NCBI GenBank assembly: GCA_965116075.1
Contig: OZ220467.1
Span: forward strand, 684,580 to 748,579
Reading direction: 5' to 3'
Source of the DNA: Thermodesulfobacteriota bacterium
GTDB taxonomy: Bacteria; Desulfobacterota_D; UBA1144; Nemesobacterales; Nemesobacteraceae
Length of the DNA: 64,000 bases
Shown: piece by piece, positions 58,401 to 64,000 of the stretch
Position numbering within the stretch: position 1 is the first letter of the stretch
How the letters are laid out: each line of letters starts with the position of its first letter
Notes under the pieces: generated by a model
Seen by the model: only the letters and a program-made list of their open reading frames with translations
The model's database searches: none
What the model was told of the DNA's origin: nothing
Program-made: the position numbers and the translations under genes

Positions 58401-61400
58401 CCGCGAGAGTTCACGGTGAACTTCGGCAATACCCGTAGAACGACAGGTACGGTGAGCATTCCGACCAGCGCGGACGCGACTGCGGAGGGAGAGGAGACAT
58501 ACCGGATAACGCTTAACGCCGGTACGGGCTATGCGGTGGGTGACGATGCGACGACGGAGGGCGCGGTGAAAGACCCGCTGACAAAGCCGACGGGCTTTAG
58601 CGTGAGTCCTGGCAATGCGCAGGTGGAGTTGTCGTGGAACGACCCGGATAACGACACCATAACGGGTTGGCAGGTACAGTACGGCAAGGCAGGGAAGTCA
58701 TGGGGTTCCTGGACGGATATTAGCGGTTCTGACGCGAGCACCACTACTCACACCGTGAGTGGGCTTACGAACGGTAGCGAGTATCGGTTCAGGATACGAG
58801 CGGTGAACAGTCTGGGCGATGGACCGAAGTCGTCTATAAAAACCACGACGCCGCGTGTAGTGGTGAAGCCGGTGGTGACGGCGACTGCGGGCGCCGGGTC
58901 GGTGACGTTGAGTTGGCCTGCGCAGCCGGGTTCCGGCGTGACGGCGTGGGGCTACCAGTCGAGTAGCGATGGTGGCACGAGCTGGACGTCGACGAAGATC
59001 GTGAACGACGGCAGCGCGACGAGCGTGGTGGTGAAGGGGCTTACGAACGGTACGGAGTACACGTTCCGGGTGTTTGGTCGCGCTGGCTCTGCGCAGTCAT
59101 CCTGGTCAGACCACGTGAAGGCGACCCCGTTGGCGAAGCCTGGAAGGCCGGCGGGTTTTTCGGTAAGCGGTGGTGACGCGCAGGTGGAGTTATCGTGGAA
59201 CGACCCTGACAACGACACTATAACGGTTTGGCAGGCGCGTTACGGCAAGGTGGGCGAAGACTGGGGCGATTGGACGGATATAGAAAGTTCTGACGCCGAT
59301 ACTACGAGTCACACGGTGAGTGGGCTTGATAACGGCAGCGAGTACCGTTTCAAGGTACGGGCGGTGAACAGTAGCGGTAACGGTCGTGAGTCGGCTACGC
59401 TTAAAGCGACGCCGGAGGAGAATAGGGTAGCCAAGCCGGTCTTGAGAGCTACGGCGGGTGACGGGTCAGTCACATTGAGGTGGAAGAGACAGGCCGGAGT
59501 TACGAGTTGGGTATATCAGTACAAAAGCGGTACGCAGGAGTGGAGCGCGCGACCACAGAAGACTGTAACAGGAGGGAGCGCGACGAGCGTGGTGGTAACG
59601 GGGCTTACGAATGATACGGAATACACGTTTCGAATGTTTGCCCGCGCTGGCTCTGCGCAGTCTGCGTGGTCGGACTTCGTGAAGGTGACGCCGAAGGCGC
59701 CGGCGCCCGCTGCGCCGACGGGACTTACGGCAAGCGCGGGCAATGCGCAGGTGGAGTTGTCATGGTCCGACCCTGAGAACGACAGCATAACGGTTTGGCA
59801 GGCGCGTTACGGCAAGGTGGGAAGATCATGGGGCGCTTGGACCGACATCTCCGGTTCTGACGCCGATACCACAAGCCACACCGTATCAGGGCTTACCAAC
59901 GGCAGCGAGTATCGTTTCCAAATCCGCGCGAGAAACAGCAGTGGACCAAGCGACCCGTCGGCTGTGGTGAGAGCGACGCCGGAGCAGCCGGAGACCGCGG
60001 GCGTGACGGTGTCAGTGTCGTCGCTGACGGTGAGGGAAGGAGGCAGCAGGAACTACAAGGTGAAGCTTGACACCGCGCCGGGGGCGAATGTGACGATAAC
60101 GATAGGTGGCGCATCAGGCACGGATGTGACGGTGGACCCGGCTTCCCTTACGTTCACGCCGGCCAACTACAACACGGCGCAGACGGTGACGGTGAGCGCG
60201 GCCGCGGATGAGGACACGACGGATGATGCGGCGACGCTGACGCACGCCGCATCTGGCGCTGATGGCTACGATGCCTCACTAGTAATAAAAAGCGTCTCGG
60301 TGACGGTGACGGATACGACGCCGACGTTACAGCTATTGACGGCTCCTGCGGAAGTGGCGGAGGGGTCAAGCATAATCCTGACGGTGACATCGGACAAGGC
60401 CCTGCGTGGTACGTTAAAAGTGAAGTTGACGTTATCTGACCGGGACTCAAGTGGATTTACAGCGGCGGATATTGTTGGTACGCTCGGGCCGCGAGAGTTC
60501 ACGGTGAACTTCGGCAATACCCGTAGAACGACAGGTACGGTGAGCATTCCGACCAGCGCGGACGCCACTGCGGAGGGAGAGGAGACATACCGGATAACGC
60601 TTAACGACGGTACGGGCTATGCGGTGGGTGACGATGCGACGACGGAGGGCGCGGTGAAAGACCCGCTGACAAAGCCGACGGGCTTTAGCGCCACTAAGGG
60701 TGACAGGCAGGTGGAGTTGTCATGGAACGACCCGGATAACGACACTATAACGGGTTGGCAGGCGCAGTACGGCAAGGTAGGGCAGTCATGGGGCGCTTGG
60801 ACGGATATTAGCGGTTCTGACGCGAGCACCACTACTCACACGGTGAGTGGGCTTACGAACGGTAGCGAGTATCGGTTCAGGATACGGGCGGTGAGCAGTC
60901 TGGGCGATGGACCGAAGTCGTCTATAAAAACCGCGACGCCGAAGGCGGTATCGCTAAGCGTGGCTAACGTGACGGCGGATGAGGATGGGACGTTCGCGTT
61001 CACGGTGACAGCCAGGCCGGCGCCATCATCAGAGGTGAGTTTTAAGTATACGGTGACGGCAGAGAGTGGAGACACGGCGACTGCGGGTACGGACTTCACG
61101 GCGGTTGAGACAGCGGCAGCGAAGACGATTGCGGCAAACGCGACCACAGCGACGATAACGGTGTCGGTGACCGATGATGGTCTTGATGAGAAAAACGAGA
61201 CGTTCACGGTGACGCTATCGGAGCCATCCGAAGGCGTGATGATAAGCGATGCCACGGCGAAGGGCAGGATAAGGGATAATGACAGTTCACCGGAGTTGGC
61301 GGAGATAACAAACAAGACGGTCATGCTGGGAGATGATGTGGATATTACAGCTTCTGCGACGGATGCGGACGGCGATGCCATAAGTTACGCCTGGACGCGT

Positions 61401-64000
61401 AAGTCCGGAGAGACATCGCCTGCCATACCGGGTGGCGCCAGCGTGAGCCAGGCGCGGTTAACGTTTACGCCACCGGATATAGGTACGTACACGATGACGG
61501 TGACGGCGTCTGACGGCAACGGCAACAGCGATACGGAGAGCGTGGTGATCACGGTCACCAACGTTGCGCCGGCCCAGCCGACGGGTTTATCGGCCAAGGC
61601 GAGACATGGACAGGTGGAGTTGTCATGGACAGACCCGGACAACGACAGTATAACGGTTTGGCAGGCGCAGTACGGCAAGGTGGGCGCCGCCTGGGGTGGT
61701 TGGACGGACATCACCGGTTCCGACGCTGATACGACGAGGCACACGGTGACGGGACTTGACAACGGTAGCGAGTACCGCTTCCGAATCCGGGCGAAGAACA
61801 GCAGTGGAACGAGCGACCCGTCAGTTGTGGTGAGAGCGACGCCGACCGCCTCAGGCGTGACGATCTCACCGACCGCGCTTAGGGTGGATGAAGGGAGTAG
61901 CAATACCTACACGGTGGCGCTGGACACGGAGCCTTCAAGTAACGTGACGATAACGGTTGGCGGCGCATCGGGTGAAGTGACGGTGGACCCGGCTTCCCTG
62001 ACGTTCACGCCGGCGAACTACAACACGGCGCAGACGATAACGGTGAACGCCGCAGCCGACGGAGATGCGGACGACGATACGGCGACGCTGACGCACGCCG
62101 CATCCGGTAGCGATACGAACTACGGCGCCTCACTCAACATAGACGATGTCTCGGTGACGGTGACGGACACGACGCCAACGCTGCAGCTGCTAACCGACCC
62201 GGCGGCGGTGACCGAGGGTACGGATATAAGCCTCACGGTGACCTCCGACCGAGAGCTGACGGGTGATCTGACGGTGAGTCTGACCCTGGCGGCTCGTGGT
62301 TCAAGCGCCTTCGACGCCGATGACATTACCGGCGCGCTCGGTCCACGGAACTTCACCGCCAGCTTCGGCAACACAGCCAGCTCTACCGCCACGGTGACGA
62401 TACCGACCAGCCCGGATTCAGATGTGGAGGACGACGAGACCTACCGGATAACGCTTGGCGACGGGACCGGTTATGCGGTCGGCGACGATGTGACCGCCGA
62501 CGGTACGCTAAACGACAGTACCGCGAAGACGGTTTCAGTGCCAACGGCGTTAACGGTGGCGGAGAATGCGGGCACTGCGCAAGTAACGATAACGGCATCT
62601 AAAGCTTTTGGTGAAGCGGTGACGTTTAACATCACTTACGGCGGCACGGCGACAGGGGCGTCAGACCCGTCAAACGGAGACTACGACAATGATGCGCTCG
62701 CCTCTGTGAGTTTTAACGCGACTGAAACGACTAAGGACATAGCGATACCGATAACGGATGATGACGAAGCTGAGTCCGACGAGACTATAACGGTAACGAT
62801 AGCGTCAGCAAGCGCGCTACCCGATGGGTTTACGCTGGGTAACTCAACCACCACGGTGACAATCACGGACAATGATACGCCGGAGCCCTTGGGTACGATG
62901 AGCGTGACGGTGGGCGATGGGCAAGTGACGTTAACATGGGAAGACCCCTCAGATGACAGAATAGCCAAGTGGCAATACCAACAGAAGCCCGCAGGGGGTG
63001 GAGAGGGTAGTTCCGGGAATAGTCTCCGCCTTCAATCTCAGAATGCAGGGGAAGAGAGTTACGGGCCCTGGATAGATATTCCGAATTCAGGGCCAACCAC
63101 GACCAGTCATACGGTGACGGGATTGACCAATGGCACGCAATACAGCTTCAGGGTAAGAGCCCTAGATTCTTCCGGAAACGTGCTTAAGACCTATCAGGAG
63201 GCAAGCGCCACGCCAAGAGTAAAGACCACCGGCGTCTCACTGAGCATTGCGGATGTGTCAGCGGATGAAGGCGGGACGTTCGCATTTACGGTGACGGCTA
63301 CGCAAGCGCCATCGTCACAAATAAGTTTCAAATACACGGTAACAGCGGAAGGAGAAGATACTGCGGTGGCAGGAGAGGACTTCACTGCGGTTAGTACGGC
63401 TACGGAGGGGAGCATACTGGCTGACGCCACTACGACGACAATAACGGTGTCGGTGACGGATGACAGCGTTGATGAGGATGATGAGACGTTCACGGTGACG
63501 CTGTCAGAACCGTCCGAAGGGGTAAGCATTTCAGACGGAGTGGCCAAAGGGACGATAATAGATAATGACATAGCGGCTGCGGTGACGGTTGCGCCGACTG
63601 AATTGGTAGTGGAAGAAGGAGCGAGCGGCGCGTATACGGTGGCGCTGGATGCTAAGCCCACGGGTGAGGTGACGATAACGGTAAGCGGGATGGCGGGAGA
63701 TGTGACGGTGGATAACTCATCGCTTAAGTTCACCGTGGACAGTTGGGATACTGAGCAGACGGTGACGGTAAACGCGTCGGAAGATGATGACGCGGTTGCG
63801 GATGCCGCGGTAATGCTGACGCATAGCGCGTCAGGCGGTGGTTACGATGCGGTAGAGATAGACTCGGTGGAGATAACGGTAACGGAAGATGACACCGCAG
63901 GGGTGAAGGTGGAGCCTACGTCGTTGACAGTGAAGGAAGGGTCAAGCGGTACATACGCGGTAGCGCTTGAGACCGAGCCTACGGATGAGGTGACGATAAC
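28365..64000 (+). CDS. giant secreted multi-domain adhesin-like protein, main reading frame (frame 3), >=11,878 codons, 3' end beyond the window
   Basis: No stop codon in frame 3 from 28365 to 64000; the frame was checked at 29280, 35640, 50211 and 63900. The translation is a continuous array of FN3 (..QVTLSWDDP.N..IT.WEYQQK....YG.WT.I.GSDA.TTSHTVTGLTNGT.Y.F.VRAVN..G), Calx-beta (..DDDLDEDDETFTVTLSEPS.GV.L.DATATGTITDND), cadherin-like (D.DGDTVTY.WTRK.GETTP) and other beta-sandwich modules. It was not listed in the ORF track because it has no stop in the window. Confidence 0.85.
29283..30250 (+). repeat. three tandem ~105-aa 'TLTH' modules (Calx-beta-like variant: LTVEEG.SG.YTV.L...P.A.VTV.V.G..G.V.V.P.SLTFT..NW...QTVTV.A..D.D.....TLTH.ASG..Y)
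   Basis: Seen directly in the frame-3 translation. The same module recurs at roughly 32440, 38160, 39530, 45810, 55810, 57900, 59990, 61860 and 63590. Confidence 0.6.
30947..32440 (+). repeat. run of five consecutive FN3 domains
   Basis: Each ~95 aa with the W..D/NP.N..IT.WE.Q start and the Y.F.VRAVN..G...S..V.ATP end. Confidence 0.7.
33041..33375 (+). other. canonical Calx-beta domain (example; more than 20 in the gene)
   Basis: PSLSVADVTAAEDGTFTFTVTLDPAAPADVTFKYAVTAESGDTATADTDFTEV...TFTVTVADDKLDEDDETFTVTLSEPSANAQLGDAAATGTITDND. Confidence 0.75.
33376..33680 (+). other. cadherin-like / He_PIG-type Ig domain (example; about 9 copies)
   Basis: ASPVLADIDNLTLRLGRTVDITATATDADAGDTITYAWTRKAGETTPPLP....ARLTFTPTEAGVYTMTVTASDGDSNGN. 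The same DxDGDTVTY.WTRK.GET motif recurs at about 34060, 34700, 36280, 41925, 47770, 53110, 53760 and 61270. Confidence 0.65.
34967..37205 (+). repeat. dispersed duplicate of a ~650-bp unit (FN3-variant plus Big_2-like Ig) at 34967-35625 and 36543-37205, ~97% identical
   Basis: VLTGVTSTSAAVVNLAWTHSGTAPGDFIGDPGGA...SITSSDTATATINPPSLTFTAQNYNMAQDVTVTGVKAGSATIGHAFRLTGA occurs twice. The off-frame ORFs 35240-35701 and 36827-37294 in the track are near-identical. Confidence 0.8.
38840..41915 (+). repeat. duplicated pair of Calx-beta domains (38840-39525 and 41225-41915, ~85-90% aa identity)
   Basis: ALSIADVTAAEDGTFTFTVTA...ELDEVDETVTLKLSNATNASIATATATGTITDDD matches VSLSVADVTAAEGGTFTFTVTA...ELDEVDETVVLKLSNESNATIPTATATASGTITDDD. 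Confidence 0.7.
42565..43990 (+). repeat. run of five to six consecutive FN3 domains
   Basis: Repeated ..GQVTLSWTDP.N..IT.W.YR.K....YGEW....GS...TTSHTVTGLTNGT.Y.FQVRA. Confidence 0.7.
48415..53121 (+). repeat. three near-identical (>98%) tandem copies of a 1,569-bp unit (523 aa: two-Cys FN3-like, FN3, FN3, FN3, Calx-beta)
   Basis: The unit boundaries gcgccgtgtaaggtggaggtggtggatgtatcaacg recur at 48415, 49984 and 51553. The artefactual minus-strand ORFs 48488/50057/51626, 49262/50831/52400 and 49559/51128/52697 are spaced exactly 1569 apart and are almost identical. An older diverged copy lies at ~46490-48414. Confidence 0.9.
54600..55818 (+). repeat. three tandem Calx-beta domains
   Basis: The block ISVE(D/A)(M/V)T(V/I)(E/A)EGD.G......FTVTLSG.PS..V.......DG.........DF........F.AGATG..LSKTV.V.VLGD..DEE.E.F.L.L..........F.......TGTITDDD occurs three times. 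Confidence 0.7.
56488..60950 (+). repeat. tandem repeat of a ~2,088-bp unit (696 aa: FN3a, FN3b, FN3a, FN3b, FN3a, TLTH module, Calx-like module), 2 copies plus a partial third, 95-100% identical
   Basis: Unit starts (PLAKPAGLTASPGN.../PLTKPTGFSVSPGN.../PLTKPTGFSATKGD...) lie at 56488, 58573 and 60661. The artefactual minus ORFs 56864/58952, 57428/59516, 57805/59893 and 58529/60617 are spaced 2088 apart. Confidence 0.85.

Noticed and set aside
48415-60950. Regularly spaced repeats as a possible CRISPR array
   Set aside because: The periods are 1569 and 2088 bp, the repeats are protein-coding and in frame, and there are no short repeat-spacer units or cas genes.
28142-63733. About 150 minus-strand ORFs of 60-1067 aa in the track (for example 29076-31136, 31293-34049, 34527-37730 and the S/A/V/T-rich ones such as 43799-44383, 45290-45970)
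   Set aside because: They are antisense to a plus-strand frame that translates into recognisable FN3, Calx-beta and cadherin-like domains. Their composition (R/G/P-rich or S/A/V/T-rich) is what the complement of ACG/GTG/GCG-rich coding sequence produces. Identical copies spaced 1569 or 2088 bp apart simply mirror the plus-strand repeats.

Overview
The window divides into two very different halves. The first ~27.9 kb is low-GC (~40%) bacterial chromosome with housekeeping genes and an IS-riddled type I R-M remnant. From 27,980 to the window end lies a single giant, high-GC, repeat-built gene for a secreted multi-domain protein, open for at least 11,900 codons with no stop.

Low-GC half (1-27,950):
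- Housekeeping genes: sufC (3' end), a SufB/SufD-family gene (probably sufD) and a Rieske protein; an LLM flavin oxidoreductase; an APS/PAPS reductase plus a PiT-family anion permease operon; a GT-C-like membrane protein; thrC; an acylphosphatase; an MBL-fold hydrolase; an FtsB-like protein; rsmA; dacB; polA; a SAM methyltransferase; pyrE.
- A type I R-M remnant (hsdS C-terminal fragment, intact dinD, frameshifted hsdR N-terminus) shredded by a frameshifted IS30-family element and two IS630-family elements that have spawned two 155-bp MITEs.
- A candidate two-gene defence module (AAA_21-type ATPase plus a 160-aa partner) in a small island between the ftsB-like gene and rsmA.

High-GC half (27,980 to >64,000):
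- The giant gene has a signal-peptide/first-FN3 segment in frame 2, then one frame-3 reading frame from 28,365 to the window end, continuing beyond it.
- It encodes dozens of FN3, Calx-beta, cadherin-like (DxDxDGDTVTY.WTRK) and two uncharacterised beta-sandwich-like modules.
- It contains near-identical internal tandem duplications of 1,569 bp (3 copies) and ~2,088 bp (2 copies plus a partial third).
- A 14-nt poly-C tract sits inside a short leaderless uORF about 30 bp upstream of the GTG start, and could act as a phase-variation switch.
- GC content jumps from ~40% to 62-68% at 27,95x and drifts down (~56-58%) towards the 3' repeats. The contig may be chimeric, or the gene may have been recently acquired.

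All minus-strand ORFs in the track between 28.4 and 64 kb are antisense artefacts of this gene.
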